A stretch of DNA of 12,153 nucleotides from Methanobacteriota archaeon (GTDB lineage Archaea; Thermoplasmatota; E2; JACPAO01; JAHWKR01): NCBI GenBank assembly GCA_019347805.1, contig JAHWKR010000032.1, positions 1 through 12,153 on the forward strand. Reading direction: 5' to 3'. The notes under the pieces were generated by a model. It was not told the origin of the DNA, searched no databases, and was given only the letters and a program-made list of their open reading frames with translations. A program made the position numbers and the translations under genes. Of this stretch, positions 1 through 6,805 are shown piece by piece. Within the stretch, counting starts at the first letter, position 1, and each line of letters starts with the position of its first letter.

Positions 1-43
1 CCCCCCGCAATCGTTATCTCCCCCGCCCCATAGCCGCCCCCCG

Positions 44-1465
44 ATGAGCGAGGTCGCCGTCATGGAGAATGGAGACACACGGACCGAAAGCGATTCCATG
101 GGCAAGATGGAGGTCCCCAAGGACGCCCTCTGGGGCGCCTCCACCCAACGCGCCGTCGAGAACTTCCCCATCCTCGGCCAAGGCGTCCCGCCGCGCCTCA
201 TCCGCGCCCTCGGACTCGTCAAGCACGCCGCCGCCGTCGCCAACCGCGACCTTGGACTCCTCGACAAGGCGACCGCAGATGTCATCATCCGCGCCGCCAC
301 CGAGGTGCACGAGAACAAGCTCGATACCCACTTCGTCGTCGACGTCTTCCAGACCGGAAGCGGCACCTCGTCCAACATGAACGCCAACGAGGTCATCTCC
401 AACCGCGCCTCGCAGCTCCTCGGCGGCCAGATCGGCTCGAAAAAGGTCCACCCCAACGACCACGTCAACATGGGCCAAAGCTCCAACGACGTCTTCCCGA
501 CCGCCATGCACGTCGCCGCCGTCGAAGCCCTCGTGCGCGACCTTGTCCCCGCGCTCACCGACCTGCGTGACGCCCTCTCCGCGAAGGCCGAAGCGTTCGC
601 GGACACCGTCAAGATCGGCCGCACCCACCTCATGGACGCCGTCCCCATCATGCTCGGACAAGAGTTCAGCGGCTGGGCGGCACAGGTCGACAACGGTATC
701 CACCGCGTCGAAAACACCCTCCCACGGCTCTCCGAGCTCGCCATCGGCGGCACCGCCGTCGGCACCGGGATCAACACCCACCCCGAGTTCGGCACGCGCG
801 TCGCTGATGGGCTGAACGGACTCACCGACCTCGGGTTCAACGAAGCCACGAACCATTTCGAGGCACAGGCGGCCCGTGACGCCTATGTCGAAGCGAGCGG
901 CGCCCTCAAGACGGTCGCCACATCGCTCATGAAGATCGCCAACGACATCCGCCTCCTCGCCTCCGGGCCCTCGTGCGGTATCGGCGAGATCCAGCTCCCC
1001 GCGACCCAACCCGGGTCGTCCATCATGCCCGGCAAAGTCAATCCGGTCATCTGCGAAAGCGTCGTCCAGGTCGGCGCACAAGTGACCGGCAACGACCTCG
1101 CCGTCACCCTCGGCGGACAATGGGGACAACTCGACCTCAACGTCATGTGCCCGATGATGGCGCGCAACCTCCTCGAAAGCGTCTCGCTGCTGACCAACGT
1201 GTCGCGCGTGTTCGCAGACAAGTGCGTCAAAGGCATCGAAGCAAACGAAGCGCACGCCCGCGACCTCATCGAAAAAAGCATGGCGATGGTGACGAGCCTC
1301 AACCCCTACATCGGCTACGACAAGGCCGCCAAGATCGCCAAGACCGCACACGAATCCGGCCGCACCGTCCGCGAAGTGGCAAAAGAGATGAGCGGGCTGG
1401 ACGACGAGACGCTCGACCGGGCACTGGACCCGAAAAAGATGACAAAGCCCTCGGCCAAGTTGTGA
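44..1465 (+). CDS. fumC: Class II fumarate hydratase (fumarase C; aspartase/fumarase superfamily). An alternative start is the ATG at 62.
   Basis: 473 aa. Family signature GSSIMPGKVNP is present, as are KDALWGASTQRAVENFP, FQTGSGTSSNMNANEV and GRTHLMDAVPIMLGQEFSGW. Collinear along the full length with E. coli and M. tuberculosis FumC as recalled from memory. Confidence 0.9.
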   Translation: MSEVAVMENGDTRTESDSMGKMEVPKDALWGASTQRAVENFPILGQGVPPRLIRALGLVKHAAAVANRDLGLLDKATADVIIRAATEVHENKLDTHFVVDVFQTGSGTSSNMNANEVISNRASQLLGGQIGSKKVHPNDHVNMGQSSNDVFPTAMHVAAVEALVRDLVPALTDLRDALSAKAEAFADTVKIGRTHLMDAVPIMLGQEFSGWAAQVDNGIHRVENTLPRLSELAIGGTAVGTGINTHPEFGTRVADGLNGLTDLGFNEATNHFEAQAARDAYVEASGALKTVATSLMKIANDIRLLASGPSCGIGEIQLPATQPGSSIMPGKVNPVICESVVQVGAQVTGNDLAVTLGGQWGQLDLNVMCPMMARNLLESVSLLTNVSRVFADKCVKGIEANEAHARDLIEKSMAMVTSLNPYIGYDKAAKIAKTAHESGRTVREVAKEMSGLDDETLDRALDPKKMTKPSAKL

Positions 1466-1564
1466 CTTGAACAGTACTTTGGCCTGGCGATCCCTTGCCG
1501 TCTCGCGGACCCGTCCCTCGGCCCTCCCTTGCGCGCCCTGCCATCCCGATAGGAGACCCGTCCG

Positions 1565-2227
1565 ATGACCGAAACCCGTGAGGCGCTCCGATGGACAAGT
1601 ATCGGTCTCGTCGGTGTCGCGGTCCTTCTCGGTGTCCTTGCCATGTTCTTTCCCTGGTCGGAGGGGGACATGGAGGTCTTCGACGAGCTGCGGTTCGAAT
1701 GGGGGCTCCTTGGTGGAGAGGTCACCGAGGACGGCGAACCCGAAGAGGAATGGAGCTGGTACGACGAACACCTCGATAGCGACGGCGAACGACCGCTCAG
1801 CGACCATGACGGCGTGGTCCTGCTCCGGATCGCCGTCCCCCTCTACTTCATCGGCTTGTTGACGGCCGCGGCAGGGCCGGTCCTCGTCCTCGTGCGACGC
1901 CGGGTCGCCGGCGGGCTCCTGACCTTCGGCGGGGGACTCTTGTGGCTCATCTCCACCATCCTCGTCGCGATCGGTATCGGTGATTTCGAAGGAGAACTGT
2001 TCGGAGGCTTCGCCGACCGAGCCATGGACATCGCGCCCGGCCAGGTCCTCGCCTTCATCGCCGCCCCACTCGCCATCATCGCTGGTGCCCTCGCGCTCAC
2101 CTCGACCCTGGCCTTCGGAACGGCTCCGCAGAGCCCCGACCCGACCGGCTCCGTCGCGCCTTCAACGGAGGTCACCGAACCCCGACCCAAGGACTTCCGC
2201 CTCGACCGGCGCCACCGATTCCGCTGA
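1565..2227 (+). CDS. Integral membrane protein (about 4 TM) with a very acidic Trp/Tyr-rich extracytoplasmic loop. Paralog of the next gene.
   Basis: ATG start with AGGAG 9 nt upstream. Hydrophobic helices at residues 10-30 and about 90-190. Acidic loop EGDMEVFDELRFEWGLLGGEVTEDGEPEEEWSWYDEHLDSDGE. High GC3. Confidence 0.6.
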   Translation: MTETREALRWTSIGLVGVAVLLGVLAMFFPWSEGDMEVFDELRFEWGLLGGEVTEDGEPEEEWSWYDEHLDSDGERPLSDHDGVVLLRIAVPLYFIGLLTAAAGPVLVLVRRRVAGGLLTFGGGLLWLISTILVAIGIGDFEGELFGGFADRAMDIAPGQVLAFIAAPLAIIAGALALTSTLAFGTAPQSPDPTGSVAPSTEVTEPRPKDFRLDRRHRFR

Positions 2228-2296
2228 GCCAAAAGAACAAAAAGGCCACGCGGGGTGGTCACCTGCCCGGCAGGTGGCCGGTCGGAGTGCGGAAAC

Positions 2297-2869
2297 ATGT
2301 CCCTGAACAAGCAGCCCAACTGGATCGTCTTAGGCGTCGCAGCCCTCGCCATCATCCTCGGTATCTTCGTCCTCACACTCAACTGGGCGACCGCGGAAGT
2401 CTCGTTCGGGGGTTTCAACACGGACATCGACTACACGATGTTCGGTCAGGAACTTGGAGGAGAGGACCAAGGCTGGTATGATTCCGACGCCGACGAAGCG
2501 GACGGGATCGGACTGATCCGCGCCGGCATCCCGATCATCGTCGTCGGCCTCGTCGCCCTCCTGGCCGGTACCGTGCTCACAGCCATCCCGCCGAGTGTCC
2601 TCAACAAGCAGCGCCTCCTCTCCGGAGGCGTGCTCATCGGCGCCGGCATCGTCCTCCTCGTCGGTACGATCCTCTTCACGATCGGCATCAGTTCGGCCCT
2701 CGGCGATGTCGCCGACGGCTCCAACGGCGCGTTCGACTGGAACATCAGCGCCGGCATGATCTTCGCCTATATCGTCTCGGTCGTTTCGATCGGTGCCGGG
2801 GTCCTCGCGTTCGTCATGAAGAGCGGCCCCCAGATCCGCATCGCCGAGGACGCGCCGCAAAAAGCGTGA
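2297..2869 (+). CDS. Paralogous integral membrane protein with an acidic loop. The ORF track starts it at GTG 2255; ATG 2297 (MSLNKQPNWIVLG...) is preferred here.
   Basis: Same architecture as 1565..2227: TM, then the acidic loop GQELGGEDQGWYDSDADEADG, then LIRAGIP and 3 TM. The loop aligns with that of the upstream gene. GGAG lies 9 nt upstream of ATG 2297. Confidence 0.6.
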   Translation: MSLNKQPNWIVLGVAALAIILGIFVLTLNWATAEVSFGGFNTDIDYTMFGQELGGEDQGWYDSDADEADGIGLIRAGIPIIVVGLVALLAGTVLTAIPPSVLNKQRLLSGGVLIGAGIVLLVGTILFTIGISSALGDVADGSNGAFDWNISAGMIFAYIVSVVSIGAGVLAFVMKSGPQIRIAEDAPQKA

Positions 2870-2870
2870 T

Positions 2871-3305
2871 TCAAGGCTCCATCAGGTCGATGTCGGGAAG
2901 CGGCTGACGCCCCGCGAAACCGCCCTCCAAGGTGTGCCAATAGCGGATGCGGTCCTCCCCAAGCTTCCAGCACAGGAACACGATCTCGTCCCCCACCTCG
3001 CTGTAGAAATCGATGAGGCCGATCTCAGGATCCTTGAGTTCGATCCCCAACTCGTCCAGCTCCAACGCCGCCTCGCGCAAGCGCTCCAGGTTGTCCTCGC
3101 GGGCATGCACGAAATCCTTCAGCTCCTCGTGCGCCTCGTGCCCTGGCTCCTTGACCGCGTCCCCGTAGACCGTCAAGAGGTCCCGCAGGTTCGCCTCGCA
3201 ACGCCGCACCTCAGCCGCCACGCCCTGCGCCCGCTCGACGATCGGTTCCACCATCGGAAGCAACTCCTCCGCCTCCGGATGTGTGTACGTGCGCACGCCC
3301 TCCAT
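2871..3305 (-). CDS. Conserved hypothetical protein, possibly DUF2203-like. The ORF extends to 3389; ATG 3305 (MEGVRTYTHPEAEELLP...) or 3332 are the more likely starts.
   Basis: Coiled-coil N-half followed by C-terminal LIDFYSEVGDEIVFLCWKLGEDRIRYWH. The DUF2203 assignment is from memory and not verified. Convergent with the upstream membrane gene. Confidence 0.45.
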   Translation of the reverse strand: MEGVRTYTHPEAEELLPMVEPIVERAQGVAAEVRRCEANLRDLLTVYGDAVKEPGHEAHEELKDFVHAREDNLERLREAALELDELGIELKDPEIGLIDFYSEVGDEIVFLCWKLGEDRIRYWHTLEGGFAGRQPLPDIDLMEP

Positions 3306-3389
3306 CGAGACACCGCCAGGCCGGGTCGCCATTAAGGATTCCGGAGCGTGAAGCTCCACACGCCACGACGCCTCATCACTCCGAGGCAA

Positions 3390-3403
3390 GCCTTAAAGAA
3401 CCC
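3390..3403 (+). promoter_or_regulatory. Candidate archaeal-type TATA/BRE element (CCTTAAAGAAC) for the tRNA gene.
   Basis: A/T-rich TTAAAGAA lies about 45 nt upstream of the mature tRNA 5' end. This fits a TATA box at about -27 with a short leader. Inference only. Confidence 0.3.
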
Positions 3404-3444
3404 CCTCTCTTTCGCCGGCATCCTACCACCCCCACACCTTTTCC

Positions 3445-3517
3445 GGGCCCGTGGGGTAGTTTGGCATCCTTGTACCTTGGGGTGGTATAGACTCCAGTTC
3501 AAATCTGGGCGGGCCCA
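3445..3517 (+). tRNA. tRNA-Pro-like gene (anticodon UGG or GGG depending on fold). CCA is not encoded. Likely the attachment (att) site of the adjacent integrase.
   Basis: 7-bp acceptor stem GGGCCCG/CGGGCCC. D-arm GGGT/ATCC. Canonical T-arm TCCAG-TTCAAAT-CTGGG. Discriminator A. Anticodon loop has U33 and a purine at 37. The standard register gives UGG with two mismatched stem pairs; a 1-nt-shifted register gives a perfect 5-bp stem (GTACC/GGTAT) with GGG. Both readings are Pro. Confidence 0.6.
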
Positions 3518-3568
3518 TCTCTTCTTCCTCTTAGTCGTGGCTGTTTTGTCCATTTGTGCGTCACCTCG

Positions 3569-4507
3569 TCACTGTTCTTCTTCCTCTTCCCTCCGTGTCT
3601 TTGGCACGATGCGCGGGATGCGGATCTTCCGCATCTCGGCCTCGTACCGCTCTTGCGACTCGCTGATGTAGCGCTCGATCGAGCGCTGGTCCGCATGGCC
3701 GGCGTGGTACTGCAGGGCGTCCTTCGACGCGCCGGCACGGTGGCCGACCGTGAGGCCCGTGCTGCGGGTCACGAGGAAATTGACGTTGATGCCTGCGCGC
3801 TTGCAGACCTGGCGCAGGTTGGTGTAGATGGAGTTGGGGTGCATGACGCGCGCTTCCCCGTCGCCGCGGCCGCGGCCGAGCTTGGTGGTCCAGATCGCGC
3901 CGGGGTCTCCCTTGACCTTGGGGCGCCATTTGCGCCACAACTCGAATGGGTTGAACGGGTCCCAGAGCTCGCGCGGCACGATCATCTTGCGGCGCAACCC
4001 GTTCTTGGCCGGGTCGTCGATCTCGACCGTGCTCGCGATTGGATCGAGGTCCTTCTCGCGGAGCTTCCAGATCTCGCTCTTGCGGATCGGGACCAAGAGG
4101 GCGAATTGTAGTAGGGCGCGGCCGCGGAGATGCGACTCTCGGCGCTCGTGCGGTCGACGGGGCAGGTCGAAGACCGGTCCGAACCTCTCGACCGGGAGGG
4201 CCTTCTTCCGAGGTCGCGGCTCCGTCTGCCGCTTGAAATGGAGCTCCTCCCACCCCTTCATGCGTGCCAGGGCGTTCAGTACCTTGACGTCGCTGTTGTA
4301 GCCCCCATAGCCGACCTCCTTGCGCCGTTTGGCGAGCCAGTCGCGACCCGTGGTCCGGGCCGGGCGGATGCCACGCATGAATGTCTTTGCATCGAAGCCG
4401 TTCTTCAGCATCCGCCGAAGTGTGCGCAGGGCGTCGTCGATCGTCGACGGCCTCCGATCCTCGTCGACGGAGAGGAACGTCTCGAAGTCGCTGAACAGCT
4501 TCTTCAC
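3569..4507 (-). CDS. Tyrosine site-specific integrase/recombinase (312 aa).
   Basis: C-terminal catalytic region TRSTGLTVGHRAGASKDALQYHAGHADQRSIERYI matches the XerC/D box II LGHxxxxxTxxYxH pattern, with the nucleophile Tyr in ERY. Sits 52 nt from the tRNA 3' end. Its GTG start overlaps the upstream stop (GTGA). Confidence 0.85.
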   Translation of the reverse strand: MKKLFSDFETFLSVDEDRRPSTIDDALRTLRRMLKNGFDAKTFMRGIRPARTTGRDWLAKRRKEVGYGGYNSDVKVLNALARMKGWEELHFKRQTEPRPRKKALPVERFGPVFDLPRRPHERRESHLRGRALLQFALLVPIRKSEIWKLREKDLDPIASTVEIDDPAKNGLRRKMIVPRELWDPFNPFELWRKWRPKVKGDPGAIWTTKLGRGRGDGEARVMHPNSIYTNLRQVCKRAGINVNFLVTRSTGLTVGHRAGASKDALQYHAGHADQRSIERYISESQERYEAEMRKIRIPRIVPKTRREEEEEQ

Positions 4508-4683
4508 GCACGGGGGTCCCCCACGGATTCGACGTCCTTCTCATCACAGTCCAACCCCGGCACATGGACGCGAAGCATCACCTCCACAGCCACACTCACC
4601 GCGGCATCACGCGGGCAAACGACCGGCACACCCTTACCACAGTGGCCGCACGCCATCTCGATGGTGATGGTCTCGTCGGTCAT
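4504..4683 (-). CDS. Small Cys-rich (zinc-ribbon-like) protein, 59 aa, translationally coupled to the integrase. The ORF track extends it to 4800 through an Arg-rich N-terminus, which is less plausible.
   Basis: MTDETITIEMACGHCGKGVPVVCPRDAAVSVAVEVMLRVHVPGLDC. Four Cys in two pairs. ATGA overlap with the upstream gene and GTGA overlap with the integrase. Confidence 0.5.
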   Translation of the reverse strand: MTDETITIEMACGHCGKGVPVVCPRDAAVSVAVEVMLRVHVPGLDCDEKDVESVGDPRA

Positions 4684-5060
4684 GGAACCACCTCGAGCGG
4701 TTCGTTGCAACAAGTCCGATAACTGGTGTGTCCTGCCGGTCCGCAGAGCATGAGGCCGCCCTCGAGGACGATGATCCAGCCGCCTGACCTGACCGACCAT
4801 TCACGGGCATGAGGGACGGCGAACGTGAAGCGACGTCCCTCGGGATAGCCTAGGTTTGTCAGTGCCCGGCGGACGGCGGCGATGTCGGCGTCGATCGCCT
4901 CGAGCGCAGGGTCGGGGCGGATGTCCATCGCGGCGCGGTTCCTCTCGATGAGGGTGCGGACGTGCTCATTGCAACCTGAGACGGCGACGTCCCCGTTGCC
5001 GATGCGGATGAAGGCTGTCACGCCATCGTCTTGAACGCGATCGCACGCCTGGCAGCTCAT
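4680..5060 (-). CDS. Hypothetical protein with an N-terminal CxxC...CxxH zinc-binding motif (126 aa).
   Basis: MSCQACDRVQDDGVTAFIRIGNGDVAVSGCNEH. High GC3. ATG 5060 overlaps the stop of the upstream gene (ATGA). Confidence 0.55.
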   Translation of the reverse strand: MSCQACDRVQDDGVTAFIRIGNGDVAVSGCNEHVRTLIERNRAAMDIRPDPALEAIDADIAAVRRALTNLGYPEGRRFTFAVPHAREWSVRSGGWIIVLEGGLMLCGPAGHTSYRTCCNEPLEVVP

Positions 5061-5416
5061 GCCTGTGGGTCCTCCTCGACCTTCTCGCCACGGCCGAGCG
5101 CCTGGCCGGCGGCGAAGGCGGCGCGTGCCTCCTCTTCATCCGAGCCGCGGACGGGGCCGAGAGTGGGGTGGGCAGCGCCGAACAGGCGCTCGACGCGGAG
5201 GCGCGTATCTCGATCATAGTAGCCGGCGTAATAGCCGAGGTTGACACGGGCGACGTGGAGAGCCTGGTCGGGTGGGATGACGCGCGGCTCGAGGAAGCAC
5301 ACGTACTCATCGAGAAACGCCTTCGCCTCGGCTGGGTCGGTGATCGACATCGCCGGCTCGAGAATGTCGCCCCACGTCGGCAAGGGGTAGTCGAACGCGG
5401 GCCACTTCGAGCTCAC
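5057..5416 (-). CDS. Acidic hypothetical protein (119 aa).
   Basis: The GTG start overlaps the upstream stop (GTGA). Consistent GC3. No motif recognised. Confidence 0.5.
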   Translation of the reverse strand: MSSKWPAFDYPLPTWGDILEPAMSITDPAEAKAFLDEYVCFLEPRVIPPDQALHVARVNLGYYAGYYDRDTRLRVERLFGAAHPTLGPVRGSDEEEARAAFAAGQALGRGEKVEEDPQA

Positions 5417-5610
5417 TCACGACCCCCCAGGAACGGGAACACGCGCCGGATGCTCTCCTCGTGCTGAATGCGTCTCGCCAGGCGGGTAAGGTCGCGCAGC
5501 TCGTCCGCGGTCGCCTTGGCGGCCTCCTCCTCGTGCTCGGCGCAGAGGAAGATCTCCGGGTCGCCGACGTCGACGTCGCAGTCGTCCCAGATGCAGAGGT
5601 GGGAGCTCAC
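5413..5610 (-). CDS. Small C2-C-H zinc-finger protein (65 aa).
   Basis: CIWDDCDVDVGDPEIFLCAEHEEE followed by an amphipathic helix. The GTG start is 24 nt downstream of a perfect 12-bp palindrome. Confidence 0.5.
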   Translation of the reverse strand: MSSHLCIWDDCDVDVGDPEIFLCAEHEEEAAKATADELRDLTRLARRIQHEESIRRVFPFLGGRE

Positions 5611-5813
5611 CGCTTCACCCCATACCGTCGTTTCACGGGCCCGTGGAACTCGACGAGCGGATCTGTTCGAGGGAGAGAAGGGGCCGGACCCTCGACGTCA
5701 CTCAGCACGGGTGAAGCGCGAGGGGGTGTCGGGTCCGACCCCTGTTGCGAACTCGTCACACTGGCCAGTCGTGAATCCACCAGTCTGCGGGACGAGGGCA
5801 ACTCGGAGGGCAT
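5607..5813 (-). CDS. Doubtful Ser/Pro/Arg-rich ORF (68 aa). May instead be untranslated leader.
   Basis: Low-complexity composition and mixed GC3. The only support is the GTGA overlap with the next gene. Confidence 0.2.
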   Translation of the reverse strand: MPSELPSSRRLVDSRLASVTSSQQGSDPTPPRASPVLSDVEGPAPSLPRTDPLVEFHGPVKRRYGVKR

Positions 5814-5823
5814 GAGACGAACC

Positions 5824-5991
5824 TCAGAATCGAGTTTGAATGCTCTCTTTCTTCACGAGCCGGATGTGGTTCCGGACGGCGTCCTTGACGAACTCCGCGC
5901 GGCGCCTGTAGCCTTGCAGACCTTGGGCGACGAGGGCGTCCACCTCGTCGATGAGCTCATCCGGTAGGTGTGTGGTACGATGGCGACCCAT
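5824..5991 (-). CDS. Ribbon-helix-helix (CopG/Arc/MetJ-type) DNA-binding protein, 55 aa. It is below the 60-aa cut-off of the ORF track.
   Basis: Hand translation gives MGRHRTTHLPDELIDEVDALVAQGLQGYRRRAEFVKDAVRNHIRLVKKESIQTRF: a beta-strand, two helices and a conserved Gly. It is the first gene of the minus-strand operon ending in the integrase. A TATA box lies about 24-31 nt upstream of the ATG. Confidence 0.7.
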   Translation of the reverse strand: MGRHRTTHLPDELIDEVDALVAQGLQGYRRRAEFVKDAVRNHIRLVKKESIQTRF

Positions 5992-6090
5992 ATGCGATGG
6001 GTAGCATCATGCGATATATAAGCGTGGTGCAATGTATCGCCTATCCATCGCACGTAAGGCGGTTATGGGGGAGCCACCTGTGTGCCATGA
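5992..6090. promoter_or_regulatory. Bidirectional promoter/operator region between two divergent RHH genes.
   Basis: Locally AT-rich. Near-palindromic TATA GCGATATATAAGCG at 6011-6024. ATGCGAT direct repeats at 5992-5998 and 6009-6015, and an inverted copy CCATCGCA at 6045-6052. These are typical RHH operator half-sites. The minus-strand gene appears leaderless. Confidence 0.45.
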
Positions 6091-6306
6091 GTGGCGCGAA
6101 AGGAGCCGCACCGGACTGTAGCTGTTCCAGAGCGCCTTCTGGATCATGTCGACCGATTCGTTGAGGTGAACGATTGGGGCTATCGTTCTCGATCTGAGGT
6201 GATCAGCGAGGCCATCCGCCGTTTCCTCCGCGAGGAAGAGGAGCGCGTTTGGCAGCGCGCCGAATTCGAGAAGAGGAATGAACTCGAGAGGGATCTCCGT
6301 GGATGA
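6091..6306 (+). CDS. Second RHH (CopG-family) protein, 71 aa, GTG start.
   Basis: RTVAVPERLLDHVDRFVEVNDWGYRSRSEVISEAIRRFL is the RHH pattern. It is followed by a charged helix. An in-frame stop immediately upstream fixes the start. Confidence 0.65.
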   Translation: MARKEPHRTVAVPERLLDHVDRFVEVNDWGYRSRSEVISEAIRRFLREEEERVWQRAEFEKRNELERDLRG

Positions 6307-6679
6307 AGAAGTCCTTTTCAGGAACGGATCTCTGGTCGTGACGAGCTCACGGATTTTCTATAACGGGACGACGTACACCACCAAAATCATCCGCTCTGTC
6401 TCACACACGATGGAGGAGCCGAGCACCTTCTGGCCGACCGTGCTGATTTGGACCGGTGGGGTGGGTACATTCGTGCTGTGGAAATTTACTCGTTCGTTCT
6501 TTTCGCTGTTCTTGTTCATCTTGGCGATTATCGGTGGCATTTGGCGAGAGATGCAGTCCCCGATCTTCTACGTCGTCTTGAACCTCACCGAAGGGGAACG
6601 GCTAATCTGGGGTACGAAGAATTTGTCTGTGGCCCACGAACTCTTGGACGCAATCAACAAGGTGATCGTCCAGCGCTGA
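6299..6679 (+). CDS. Small membrane protein with a beta-rich, bacterial-PH-like (bPH-like) N-domain, a TM hairpin and a C-terminal segment. GTG 6299 is preferred; the ORF track gives ATG 6278.
   Basis: EEVLFRNGSLVVTSSRIFYNGTTYTTKIIRSV resembles the bPH TnrRli motif. Hydrophobic hairpin WPTVLIWTGGVGTFVLW / FFSLFLFILAIIGGIW. Markedly lower GC than its surroundings. 8-nt overlap with the RHH gene. GAGAGGGA lies 6 nt upstream of the GTG. Confidence 0.5.
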   Translation: MDEEVLFRNGSLVVTSSRIFYNGTTYTTKIIRSVSHTMEEPSTFWPTVLIWTGGVGTFVLWKFTRSFFSLFLFILAIIGGIWREMQSPIFYVVLNLTEGERLIWGTKNLSVAHELLDAINKVIVQR

Positions 6680-6721
6680 CGTCCACGACCAGGTCCTCGC
6701 CGGCGACGTCGTCGCGTCCCT

Positions 6722-6760
6722 AGGCCAACTCGGCCCTGGGTCTCCTAGGCCTTCGGCCCG
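6722..6760. repeat. Two short GGCC-stem hairpins within CTAGGCC direct repeats. Possible terminator or protein-binding site.
   Basis: CCTAGGCCAACTCGGCCC and CCTAGGCCTTCGGCCC, each able to form a 4-bp GGCC stem. A further CTAGG occurs at about 6830 and 6867. Confidence 0.3.
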
Positions 6761-6805
6761 TTCGCTGCCACCATATTAGGACCCATCTGGTTAACCTGTA
6801 TCTGG

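Noticed and set aside
14-1807. 597-aa ORF antisense to fumC
   Set aside because: It lies entirely opposite a strongly supported, well-conserved fumarase gene. Long antisense ORFs are expected at this GC content. No recognisable motifs.
3561-4565. Arg/Pro-rich ORFs overlapping the integrase on either strand (3561..4565 minus in another frame; 3554..4111, 3828..4301 and 4130..4753 plus)
   Set aside because: Low-complexity Arg-rich translations typical of out-of-frame reading of GC-rich coding DNA. The integrase frame has clear catalytic motifs.
4495-4565. Apparent 1-nt disagreements between my hand translation and the ORF track near 4500 and 4560
   Set aside because: The two differences cancel out. 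Coordinates re-synchronise with the track at 4680, 4800 and 7221. I attributed this to my reading error and used the track coordinates.
5853-6053. Track ORF 5853..6053 (minus, 66 aa) covering the RHH gene region in a different frame
   Set aside because: The alternative frame (5824..5991) gives a textbook RHH protein with an ATG 24-31 nt downstream of a TATA box. The track ORF runs through the promoter region and has no motifs.
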